DNA of 60,515 nt, the filler included, from Sphacelaria rigidula (taxonomy: Eukaryota), in the NCBI GenBank assembly GCA_964200075.2. It is 10 parts of 10 records of this genome, joined end to end, with 100 filler letters (N's around TTAATTAATTAA, not from the genome) between each part and the next. Parts side by side here need not be neighbours in the genome. Positions count along the whole stretch, not along the records: positions 48,494 to 54,454 come from CAXNAA020023186.1; positions 54,555 to 60,515 come from CAXNAA020023187.1; 8 more parts are not named here. One strand, written 5' to 3'. Shown piece after piece: positions 50,215 to 60,515 of this stretch; the first letter of the stretch is position 1, and each line of letters begins with the position of its first letter. The position numbers and the translations under genes are program-made. The notes beneath the pieces were generated by a model. That model made no database searches, was not told the DNA's origin, and was given only the letters and a program-made list of their open reading frames with translations.

Positions 50215-50666
50215 TCAAGAGATTGTGTTCGAAAACGAGGTTCAACATCAAAATGAGGTTCAACATCAAAATGTGGTTCAACTCCAAAACAGTGCTTCCC
50301 CTGATCTAACGTGATGACAACTGACTTTCAGATGGACGACCCCATGTCCCCCGATCCCTCTGAAACTATCTTTGGGGGTTCCCCGTCTTCCGTTTCCCCA
50401 ATGGTTATGTGCGGAAGCACCATTTGGGGCGGCTGAAAAACGTCCTTTTTTTCACCCCGGAATTGAGGCAAAAAACACATGCTTTCGCACATACCCTTCG
50501 GAGGAACGGAAGACGGGAAACACCCAAAAATAGTTTCGGGGAGGTTGGGGGCATGAGGTCGTCCATATGAAAACCATTTCTCATAGCGTTCGGTCAGGGA
50601 AAGCATTGTTTTGGAGTTGAACTTCATTTTGATGTTAAACCTCATATTCGAAAAAAACTATCTTGA
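50215..50666. mobile_element. Foldback element with long imperfect inverted arms
   Basis: TTCAACTCCAAAACA/TGTTTTGGAGTTGAA, ATGGACGAC/GTCGTCCAT and CCCGTCTTCCGTT/AACGGAAGACGGG form symmetric pairs. Confidence 0.75.
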
Positions 50667-50799
50667 TGTCTCTGGCCGGGACAGACACAAGAAGGTGTCA
50701 ACTTTTGTTTTTAAGACAGTGCCCAGCCTGGAGACCTTCTCAAAACTTTCCGAACCAGCCTCGAGTTTTTTGCAACCGCTGCTGCGATGGCAATAGTGC

Positions 50800-51219
50800 C
50801 ACACGTCGGACAACTCACCAACTCAGGTGAACTCGAGTAAACTCTTTTCCCCACAGCTCACCGGTGATTATGGAAACAGAATTCATCAATGCATATTCTG
50901 GCCGGGTGAGCTATACCACATAAATAACTCATCTGTAAATATTCTGGTCGGGTGAGTTATACAACACAACTCATCTGTGAATATTCTGGTCGGGTGAGTT
51001 ATACAACATAACTCAGCGGTGCATATTCTGGTCGGGTGAGTTACACAAAACAGCTCAGTGGTGCATATTCTGGTTGGGTGAGTTATACAGCATAACTCAC
51101 CGGTATATGACGTGGCCGGGTGGGTTATACAACATAATAACTCGTCGGTGCATATTTTCGGCCGATGAGTTATACTCGTACAACATAACTGACTCATCTC
51201 ATGAGTAATCCGGCTTGTG
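50800..51219. repeat. Element with ~42-bp palindromic tandem units, copy 2 (~7 units)
   Basis: Same head; 14-aa periodicity in spurious ORF 50886-51197; possible right TIR TGAGTAATCCGGCTTGTG. Confidence 0.85.
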
Positions 51220-51283
51220 AACGTTTTCCAATGTTTTTTCGCTGGGTATCATGAATGATCAGATCATTCTGACTACCGTACGC

Positions 51284-52620
51284 ATTGATTGGTTGATTGA
51301 TTGATTGTCGCATTTTAACTGACCCCCCAGGGATCCAGCCGTGGTGACATGATAGTGACATGAAACTGAAACATTTGCTGAAGGAAAAGAAGGAACAGAA
51401 GGAGTCGAACAGAACGACATAGTAGACTAAGACGTCGAAAACAAAATGAATAAAAGGTCAAGAAAAAAAAAGCACAGAAAGAAATGGCAAGTCTAAAACG
51501 AAAAAAAGGGAAAATCAAAGAAAAGGACAAAAAAGAATAAAAGGAAAAGGTCCACCGGATTCAGGGCAGCAGAGTAGATCCAGACACACACCAGTGGGCA
51601 CCGCAGAACCACCAACTAAGGACATAATGAACAACCGAAATGAGCAGAGAGGATTCTTCGATTAGCGGTCCGTGGCGCAGCAGCAGCCTCTCGTTTGTGA
51701 CGGCGGTCTGATTATCGTTTGTCCGCACGTCGCCACGTGTCCTCAAACCCTCCCGCTCCTTTGTCGACATCAATATGCCATTTGCCCATGTTCTTCGCCG
51801 CAGTGGTCCAATCGTATGCATCGTTAACCTCTATACCGTAGACGAACCATTTCCGTCGTGCTGCTTTGTGCGGGACAGCCCCTACTGCACGTGGGTTCTT
51901 CTGGAGGTTATCCTCCCATTGCTTGCGGCGCGGTCAGCCTCCCTGGGCCCTCGTGCGGTTGACCGACCGTTCCTGGCGCGCTTTGGAAGGCGTGTTTCCT
52001 TCTGCCGTACAAGGACTCCCGTGAATGAGAGTTGACGCTTGAGGATAATCGTCTCGATACGTTCGCAGTTGGTCATCTTGAGGACCGCTCTGTACGAAAG
52101 TGTCTTGGAGCCGTTTCGATCTTTCGTGCGGAGTCCAATCACTCGCGGCAAGAGCTTGTGAAGGTCAGACCGCAGACGGTCGAAGTCCCCAGAACGTAGG
52201 GACCATATGGCGCATCAATACAACAGAGCTTCTACCACCTCCGCTTTATGCAGTAGAACTTTCAAGGATAGCTCGTTGGGTCGGTCATAGAGTTGGGAGC
52301 TATATTTTCGAACACGCGCCCACGCCGCGCTGATGCGGCGGTTGATATCGATGGACATTTTCGCATCCGCGCTGATAGCTCCAACATGGTAGATGAACTT
52401 CCCCGTCTGCTTATACCGTTGACCGGCAGCTTTGATATCCAGGGTGGCCTCCGTGAGACTGGGTACTGACCAAAGACGCATGGACTCTGTCTTGCTCTCG
52501 GAAACCATCAGGCCGAATTCCTGGCAGGTCATCACCATCACCACCGTCATTCGAGCAACGCCTTCGGAGGTCCTCGAGACTATGACGGTGTCGTCCGCAT
52601 AAAGCATTGCTCACACCGCG
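51284..52620 (-). mobile_element. 5'-truncated RTE-type LINE (RT C-terminus, 3' UTR, (CAAT)n tail)
   Basis: MLYADD...FGLMVSESKT...INRRISAAW...EALLY...RLPKR; T-rich UTR and (CAAT)n tail at 51284-51307; frames broken. Confidence 0.88.
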
Positions 52621-52648
52621 CGTCGCACGCACGAAGCTCCAAAGAGTA

Positions 52649-52945
52649 CACACGTCGGAAAACTCACCTCAGGTTAACTCGAGTCAAGTATTTTCCGCAC
52701 AACTCACCTGTGAGTTACAGCAACATAACTCAGCGATGCCTGTTCCGATTTGGTGAGTTTTAGAAGATAACCTAGCGGTGCACATTCTGGCTGGGTGAGC
52801 TATAGAAGATAACTCAGCGGTGCATGTCTTGGTCAGGTGAGTTATACAGCATAACTCAGCGGTGCATACTCTGGTTGGGTAAGTTGTAAAAGGTGACTCA
52901 GCGCAGTAAAATCTGGACAGATGCGTTATATTCATAACTCATCTG
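52649..52945. repeat. Element with ~42-bp palindromic tandem units, copy 3
   Basis: CACACGTCGGAAAACTCA...CAGGTTAACTCGAG head followed by the same units. Confidence 0.8.
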
Positions 52946-53119
52946 TGTATAGAACTCCCGTGTTGTGAGTTCTGTACACATATATGAGATATTTGCCCCT
53001 ACCAATATAGCCCTGTATTAGGTACTGCGAGTATGTTTTCATATTACACCTGCGGCAGTGTTTATCTAATATGCGACTCTACCCCGAGGACTCTCATGCT
53101 ACATGTACAGGCAGACGTG

Positions 53120-53478
53120 TCGCGTGATTATGTGTTTCCACTCACAAAATCGACTCCACGGTCGACGAGGGAAGGGATCGCTGAACCCCTCTCGCGACAA
53201 AAACAAAAGACAAGCACCGCTTAACCATTAGACCGCGATGCGGGTAGTCCGTCTGGATCACGCATACTTTTATCAACTGATATCGATGCCAAATCAGCAG
53301 GTGACTCACCCTCGCGGTCAGAGGGTCAAGGAAGGTGGAGTACTAAAACAAAATGAAAATAAAAACTCCTGTGTTGGCCTTCCGCCTGTCTGTGTTACCC
53401 CGGTTGATGCGCTCACATACACCGAAAGGTGTCGAATTGCGTTTAGAATAGATGGTATGGCAACACATACACAACATA
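53120..53478 (+). mobile_element. SINE family A body interrupted by a piggyBac-like MITE
   Basis: Colinear with about 29665-29903 except for the insert at 53221-53329. Confidence 0.75.
53225..53325. mobile_element. piggyBac-like MITE
   Basis: TTAA-CCATTAGACCGCGA...TCGCGGTCAGAGGG-TCAA. Confidence 0.75.
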
Positions 53479-53483
53479 CTTAC

Positions 53484-53984
53484 TTAGAGGCAAATGTCCC
53501 CATTAAGGTACGCTGAAGGCACCTGATGCGAAAAACTCTGGTTTGTGGGAACCACGACTCGTGGAACAATGCCCAGAGTATCCGGAGAGAGGCAGTATAA
53601 TCCTCCATCACCCAAGCTTTTCAAAATTGAATAATAATCAAACCAAGTTGCAGGAGTAGATGTGGAGTATGGCTCTATCGACGTAAGAAATGCGGCCAAA
53701 ACACCCTCTGTTTCAATTACGGTACACTCAACGCAGCAGTTGATTTCTCGCGACCTTGGACGTCTCAGACGTTCTCCTTTGGTATAAATGTTCACGAGGT
53801 TAGTGCGGTCTGTTTTGAAGAAAACGAATCTAATTTGGGGATGAATATCGCCTATCCCCTGGACTTCGGAAAAAATTTCGCTATCAAGTCGGTGTTTGGC
53901 AACGCCGTACTCGAAAAAAACTATTGTTTCCCCCTTTTTTTCTTTTTCAACCCATCCAAATACGTTTTGATTGTAATCTCCCAA
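53484..53984 (-). CDS. Possible coding fragment of unknown function (166 aa)
   Basis: Protein-like composition in unique sequence between repeats; no recognised motif and no ATG start. Confidence 0.2.
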   Translation of the reverse strand: MGDYNQNVFGWVEKEKKGETIVFFEYGVAKHRLDSEIFSEVQGIGDIHPQIRFVFFKTDRTNLVNIYTKGERLRRPRSREINCCVECTVIETEGVLAAFLTSIEPYSTSTPATWFDYYSILKSLGDGGLYCLSPDTLGIVPRVVVPTNQSFSHQVPSAYLNGDICL

Positions 53985-54293
53985 AGTATGATGTTTACTG
54001 TTTTTGATTAAGGTAAATTTTCGAGGGTCGGATGAGTTGATGATTCGTCTGGAAATTACTTGATTTCAGTGCAATTGATTCGTACCGTACGAATCAATCC
54101 TTAGGCTTTGTTTTCAGCGTTGCAACCCAGGTAGGCGCAGCCCAGGCACGTGGAATGGCGCAAAAGTTGCGTCGAAACCTGTTTGACCATTGGTCTACTT
54201 TTTTCTCTCTTTCGAGCAATCGGGCCGAAGAAACAGTGGATATGGCTGTTCGAGCCATCAATGATTCGTCCGAACCGTGTAATTTTCCCTTAC

Positions 54294-54454
54294 CTCCGTT
54301 CCCCGTCTTCCGACGAAGGCCATGGCCGGCCTTGTCGGTACGGCGTGGGGGGGGTCTTTTCGGCGGGTGTAGGACCAGAATCACCTTCAAGGAGTGATCC
54401 CTTCTCACTACCACCCTTGGCCCAGGCCGTGGTGTGGTAGTAGAGTTGGGTCAG
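54294..54454. repeat. Dispersed repeat; uninterrupted copy of the host of the 20624-21719 insertion
   Basis: Matches about 20542-20623 joined to 21725-21801. Confidence 0.85.
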
Positions 54455-54554
54455 NNNNNNNNNNNNNNNNNNNNNNNNNNNNNNNNNNNNNNNNNNNNTT
54501 AATTAATTAANNNNNNNNNNNNNNNNNNNNNNNNNNNNNNNNNNNNNNNNNNNN
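54455..54554. other. Artificial contig spacer
   Basis: 44 N + TTAATTAATTAA + 44 N. Confidence 0.99.
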
Positions 54555-55324
54555 GTAGGGATGCGAGGTCAATGGTCTTATGACTATGGCATGCATGATC
54601 ATGATTACAACCCCCCCCCGTAGCATCACTCAAATATTCGCTTTGAGTTATTCCGAACTCCATTCCAAGTGATGCACCAAAACGGCATCAGTACGTTGAT
54701 ACTATGGCACGAGAAATGACACGGGACGAGCATACAATCGCTTCAAAAAGCTCGAACAAAGAATCCAAAGCAGTCACTAGGTTTCTCCTCTCACGAGCTC
54801 GGCAAGCACAGCCAGTTTATCGAACGAGATCTCGCGACGCCCCTCGATAGTTGCCGCCGACGCGTCCACCGCCCCCTGCAAGCTGCCTGCGGCCGCCGCG
54901 TGAGTCTTGGTTCCAGGGAAAAACGTGAGAGAGGGTTGAAACACCTCAGTAGCAAAGGACAAATAAGCGAGATCCCACAGAAGATCCTCGAAGAGCTCTA
55001 TCCCCTGCGCGGATGACGCCTGTGCGAAGATGAACGCGGATATATTGACACAAAGGGATAATCCTTGGAGGTTTCGCGACAAGCTTCTGACTCAGATGTA
55101 GACCGGATCATTCGTTTCTTTGAATAATGCAATAGCCATGTACATGCAGAGGCGTGATGTGCCCATTCATGCAGATTGAAGGCGTATGCGGACAAACTAT
55201 GCCTCAAGACCAAACAGCGCATGTTAAATGTTATCCGCGGTGCGGGGGTGCGGCGCAAGAAACGTACGTCGTTGGGGCCCCAAATTCTCGCTTCGTCCCC
55301 GGACGTATCGAACATAATTAATAT

Positions 55325-55770
55325 TTTGATTTGATTCGGCTGTGGTCCTTCATCTGATCCCTCAGGTAGTCATGATCCAGCAGTGGTCATTATCCACAAA
55401 TGATAGACGTAACAGAGACGAAAACAGAACTGAAAATCTCCCTGGAGAAAAAAAGTGAGGGAAACAGAAAGGAAAGGTGGAACAGCTAAACTAGACTTGA
55501 GAAAAAAAAAAAAAAAAAACAAACCTCCCAAAACACACGAGTCACAGGACCGAGAGTACCGCAGCGAGAAAAAAAACAACAAAAANNNNNNNNNNAAAAA
55601 ACAGAAAATAACCATGGAGAAAAAAAGTGAGGGAAAAAGAAAGGAAAGGTGAAACAACAAAACTAAAATAAAAAAAAAAAAAAAAAAAACATGCCTCCAA
55701 GAACAAAAAAGTCTCAGGGTGGAGTGCTCCACGATATGAAATGGACACCAAAAAAACGAGCGCCTCACGT
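55325..55770 (-). repeat. Probable LINE 3' UTR remnant
   Basis: TGATCCC...AGTCATGATCCAG...CATT.TCCACAA..GATAGACGTA shared with about 59765-59820; A-rich on the plus strand. Confidence 0.5.
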
Positions 55771-56269
55771 CCGCTCGCGCGAGTTTACCGGCAGGAAGAC
55801 TTCAGCAAAGTATAACACAAAGATGAGAAGTGGGAAAGGAGTGCTCTGGCTGCTGTAGCTGGTGTAGTTTCAACAAATGACGCAGCTATACGGTGTGGTT
55901 TATTCATCTTTCTGGAATTACGCACCGCAGTGAGTGCACGCATTACACCGAGAGTTATTTTCCCGATGCTGTTACACCTCGACGGTATCACAGTCGCTAT
56001 GTTTGGAAAACTGAACGCTTTGTAGCGCTCCTCCCTCCCCCGACAGCTGCCCGACTGAGGATGGCTGTGTCGGGAAAACCAAACCCAACCAGCAAACTAA
56101 TGACAGTCACATGCGTGGAGGAGAGTGCCATGATCCACGAACTTATCAGTGCGCTATGTCGGTCGTGATGCACCCTTCAGACTAGCCGATGGGTGATGTT
56201 AGTAGTGCTAGGCTCCAAGCTCAATCCTCTGCAGCTGCGGGAATTTTCCCGGTACTGGGACACAAGCTC

Positions 56270-56653
56270 GACCACGGTGGTGTAATGGTTCAGCTGTCGT
56301 CATTAGGGTGGAGAGAACGAGGGTTCGATTCCCGATGTGTTGGGTTTCGCTTCGCAATATCTGTTTTTTTACCGTGGAAAGCGTGAGAAGGTGAGTAGAA
56401 CAAAGTAATCGACTGAGTTTGTTTGACGTGAGTTGACGCGGTGCGGGAGTGGTGATAGTTATGACCCGATCCGCGAGACCAAAATACAAGGCGTGTACCG
56501 GGGAGAGACGAGTTGATCCCTTGAGACCACGGACTCGTCCCGAGGAAGGGGAGGGGTTCAAAGTGCGACTGATGAAAAATAAGAACAAAAAATACAAAAA
56601 ATACAAAAAATACAAAAAGTACAAAAAAGAAAATTAAAAAAAAGAAAAAAAAA
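56270..56653 (+). mobile_element. tRNA-derived SINE, family B
   Basis: A box TGGTGTAATGG, B box GGTTCGATTCC, A-rich (AAAAAATAC)n tail, diverged 14-bp TSD TGGGACACAAGCTC / TGGGGCTCAAGCTC (56256-56269, 56654-56667). Confidence 0.75.
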
Positions 56654-57089
56654 TGGGGCTCAAGCTCAACCCCACAGCCATGGGCTTTTACCCGGAGTTG
56701 GGATTGTCGCGGAAAACGCACTGACGGAGATAATATACGAGTGAGTAAGTGCCAGATTCGGCGGACTGGGGCTAGTGGCCGGCAGGGGCTGGGACCGCTG
56801 CACTCCCCCCGTGAGATCAGAATGCAAGGGGAATGTGCATAGACACACGGACCGAAGAGAAATCGGAACAATGGAAGGATTACTCCCGCGGGAGACTACA
56901 AGGAAGGCAACACTCCAAAGGAGGGCAGAAACAATGTGTGAAGTGTGTAGCTGTTGATAAAGCTGAACCTAGATTCTGTATCGGGGAGCTTACAGAGGCT
57001 ATCTGTGAAGCTCCTATGTTGCCCATATGTTGGTCGTCTCGGGACACGATGGGGCCAGCCATGCTGATGTGGCCTTGCAAAAGAGTTAA

Positions 57090-57187
57090 CCCTTGAACAG
57101 CGAGAGTAGATCATCTGTTGAATCGGCATCAATTCCACCTGTAATAAATATGCATAGTCCAGATGGACTACGTTCGCGGTATAAGGG
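57090..57187. mobile_element. piggyBac-like MITE
   Basis: TTAA-CCCTTGAACAGCGA...TCGCGGTATAAGGG-TCAA; body like 6190-6287. Confidence 0.78.
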
Positions 57188-57194
57188 TCAAGCG

Positions 57195-57650
57195 GTAGGA
57201 TATGATGTCCGGACTACAGGAGACACGTCGGCAGGCAAACCCGAATTTGCTGCCGCGGGATACCGCGTCTTCTGGTGCGGGGCGGAAGGGGTCAAGCGAA
57301 GCATTGCGTAACATAGGCTTCGGTGTCCGGTCAAGATATCGACCATCCGCAAGGTTACAGGGGCATAGGCTTTAATCAGCGATCGACTCATGCCGTTTTT
57401 TGTCGCCTGTACCCTCGCAAACACGTCCACGTCAAGAGGAGAGAGGGACACGTTCTGGGCTGAGCTAGACACCAGCATGTGAGCCGAGTTTCCAACAACG
57501 ACCACGTGTTTATTTCGATGTACGCGAAGACTCGGACTAGGGAAGAAACAGAAGGAGATTATCGTGAAATGACGAGGGCATACCGTAGGAACTCCTGGGT
57601 CAGCAATAGCAGTGGCATCGCATTGCTCCCGCTTGCACATGACAACAGAC
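57195..57650 (+). pseudogene. Decayed LINE APE-type endonuclease fragment
   Basis: GLQETRRQ; EFAAAGYRVFWCG; ISDRLM; VFISMYAKT across broken frames. Confidence 0.6.
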
Positions 57651-58479
57651 TTGCCGCAGTCGATATATACATCTCTTGCTACCCCCAAGAAAAATAGGTC
57701 CGAAGCTCGGTGCACCACCTCACACACTCATTGCGCCCTTGTCCAGTATGTGGCTAAACCGTTGCCAGGTGGTGTTTATTATTATTACTCTTAATATTTC
57801 CGCACAACCCGTGGTCACGGTGGCTCGTCTTTCCAATACCGTCCCTGTAATTCCTTACAAGAGATGAAAGTCCTCCATCATTCTTTTTTGGACTCCAGCC
57901 TAGTTACAAGAACAAACGCAATCAACTTAGATGGTGTAAGCGTGTGTTGTTTTGATATCAAGACCTTTCTGACGACTTTTTCTACTCGCAGTGACGCTTC
58001 AAAGTGACTACAGTATTTCGCATTGAGGAGTGGCTCGAAATATCGGCCTCCACCCCTCAGTCGTACGATCACTCTCAGGCACAATCTCGAGGTCCCCAGG
58101 AAGGCTAGCTAGGGTGATAGCCGTGATAGTGGCGGCCCGTTAGGAGTGCAGCTGATCAGTATCGGAGAATAAGGCAGAAAACATGCGCCCAAAAGATTGA
58201 ACTTCATACCCAGGTGGCGGGTCAAGGGTGAACCAGACGCCCGACGTTGTCCATCTGCCGTGATGGAGAAGGAAATTCACCTCAAAGATTAACGTGGCCT
58301 TTCGACAAGACACGTAGCACCAGAAACAAATAGCGTGGCAGAGTGGTACACAAGGCACCGTTCACAGTAAAGAGAGAAAGAAAAGAGGGTGCTATCAGCG
58401 GAGACGGGGGTATCCATATCGAAATCACGTGTCGACTCAGTGCTCCGTGGACAAGGCTCCAAAACTATACATCCCAATT

Positions 58480-58770
58480 CTGCGATCGACCTAGTACTGA
58501 GCTATCGCTCAAATTCGGTTGCCCACAGCGGCGATGATGGAGGCTATGCTGTGCTAGAGGTGAACGAATGCGAACGTATCGAGACAGGCATCCCGCAAGG
58601 ATTAACTTTGCTTCGCGAAGGGCGGCTTGTTCAGCAGAACGAACACGTCTCTCGAGGCTCATCAAATTCGGACGGCTGGCGACACAAGGGCCCACGGAGC
58701 CTGACGTACCTTCAACTCGCTGGGAGGAGCGGCTCAAGGAGAACCCACGTGCCCTGGGAGCTATTCTAGT
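58480..58770 (+). pseudogene. Decayed RTE LINE ORF C-terminal remnant
   Basis: YAVLEVNECERIET parallels YRAVLKMTNCERIET of the contig 9 LINE; IKFGRL...RWEERLKEN. Confidence 0.6.
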
Positions 58771-59719
58771 CATTATTTAAACACATGTTTTCGATTGGAA
58801 GCGGTTTTTCAGATTTTTCAGTTACCAAAAATCATCACGGTTACTGTTTGATCCCAAACCTTGAGAATGAAGAATTCTGAGTTCCCGGCACAAAGCCCAC
58901 AAACAAATACTACCTGCGACCGATTTTGAACAAGTTTCGGGCTAACCGGTTGCCGGGAGTTCTGTGAGTTTACAACCCCAGGTTCTCGCACTCTGATATT
59001 GTCGTTCGACCGAACCGATCCGGATCGTTGAAATGAGCAATTCTGTGGTTTTGTCCTTTATTTTCTAGATACTGATCACGCCATAACCGAAAAAATCGAG
59101 TTTTAGGATCATACGCGGTCAAACACACACGCTCGATAAATGGGGTTCTACTCTGTATTGTTGCCACGTAGCACAGAATTCGGAAACGTGTCCCGCACTG
59201 CTTCACTTTTTTCCAGCACCTATCGAGTGCTAAATTTTCGAGTGAAGATGGCAACTCGTTTGAAAAACAATCTCCCGATGAAATGACCCAAACATTGAAA
59301 CGATAACTACCGTATCCCACGTAAGGAAGAACCAAGGGAGTTGTTCGACTTTGGTTTTGAGGCCATATACTCGCGAGATTGCGCTACTTCCTCTAGGAAC
59401 GCGGGGGGATGGCACGTGGGGATCGAGGGAGGTTGTCCCCTACCCGACTTTCCAAATTCATCGTGAGAAATGCATGTTCCGCTGCCCCTTGGGCTACGTG
59501 CCCCTAGTCCAGACGCCAGCCCAAGGCAGACGCGGACCCTCGGGCGAGGTGGATGAACGGATGCATACAGAATGCTACACGAAGTGCGCGCTGGTAAGGC
59601 TCAAGTGGGCGTGTGTGGCGCCGACTTGAGCCCGAACGCATACTTAGCACGCTAGGCGTGCCATTGAGATTATCAGTCCTCCAAGACTCCAAATGTGATG
59701 GCTGCTTTCGATTTGTTCG

Positions 59720-59720
<1 letters not shown>

Positions 59721-59753
<33 letters not shown>

Positions 59754-60060
59754 CGCACATTAAGTGATCCCCTAAAAGTCATGATCCAGTCGTAGCCATT
59801 GTCCACAAGATAGACGTACGTACCGAAGGTAAACAAAACGGGAAAACGCCCGCTAAAGAAAATCAAAGGTGAGGAAAAAAACAAACAAAACCAGAACCAA
59901 CGAAAACAATAACAAAACCAAAAGCAGGAAGGGAGAGGAACGAAACAGAGAAGAACTAGGGGAAAAAACAAGAAGTGCAAAATAAAAGTATGAAATAATA
60001 CCCTGAGGTAAATAAATAAACCTCGAAAGGATGGTTCACACTCACTGAACGAGTATCTCC
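59721..60060 (-). repeat. LINE 3' end with (CAAT)n tail
   Basis: (ATTG)n-TCGCA junction matches that at 51284-51312; A-rich UTR on the plus strand. Confidence 0.65.
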
Positions 60061-60515
60061 AACCATGGACGTGGGAAATCAGGTTGGGGAGAGCTCTGCT
60101 GTGGGGATTGAGTAGGGCGCGGAGGAGTTCCAGGAAGCGTACAAAGCGAAGACCTAGGTCACTGCGATCTACGTCAAACATTAGAGGACCTGTTGCGTGG
60201 TCAATAGTCAAACGACTAAGGCAAGTAACGAATGAGTACCCCCCCCCCCCGGCGAGGTCAATGGTCTTATGATTATGGCATGCATGATCATGAGTACACC
60301 CACTCTCGCCTGGCCTGGTCCAGCGAGAACCCGGCGTGCTCCGTCCCGCCTTTGTAGGGGCGGACCCCCGATGGGATTGGCGTCGGTTGGCGATGATGCT
60401 GTAAAACACGCCACTCACTGCGTAAGCTAGGCAACCAGGTTACCGCTTTTTTTTTGCGCGCTTGCGTTTTTTTTTGCGGTAACCATGATGGTAGTCGAGC
60501 CAGATCATGTTGTGC

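Noticed and set aside
50800..51219. CRISPR array
   Set aside because: The units are palindromic, but the sequence between them is also repeated; no unique spacers, no cas genes and a eukaryotic context.
54777..55020. Possible terminal host exon on the minus strand
   Set aside because: Has a CAG acceptor-like site and an open frame, but no recognisable protein similarity.
59504..60418. 304-aa hydrophobic ORF
   Set aside because: Runs through a T-rich LINE 3' UTR, a microsatellite and a dispersed repeat.

Overview
This window is not one locus. It is 10 independent contigs of 5961-5962 bp, in length order, joined by artificial 100-bp spacers (44 N + TTAATTAATTAA + 44 N), so adjacency across spacers has no biological meaning. 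Nine contigs are repeat-rich, gene-poor eukaryotic DNA; a brown alga or other stramenopile is an inference from the repeat style and TTAGGG motifs. They contain decayed Ty3/Gypsy, Ty1/Copia, RTE-type LINE and AcademX-like elements, two tRNA-derived SINE families with target-site duplications, piggyBac-like and Ginger-like MITEs, long foldback elements and minisatellites. One contig (30311-36271) is high-GC, gene-dense bacterial DNA, probably actinobacterial. It encodes a BON/OmpA protein and, divergently, coxS-coxM-xdhC(N)-xdhC plus a HAMP-GGDEF-EAL protein, with no molybdopterin large subunit in the cluster. I cannot demonstrate a clearly new biological system. The best leads are the large-subunit-less CoxSM/XdhC cluster next to a cyclase with a degenerate EAL domain, an AcademX-like transposon, a Gypsy integrase tail ending in a Tudor-like module, and Ginger-like MITEs/foldbacks carrying telomere-like repeats.
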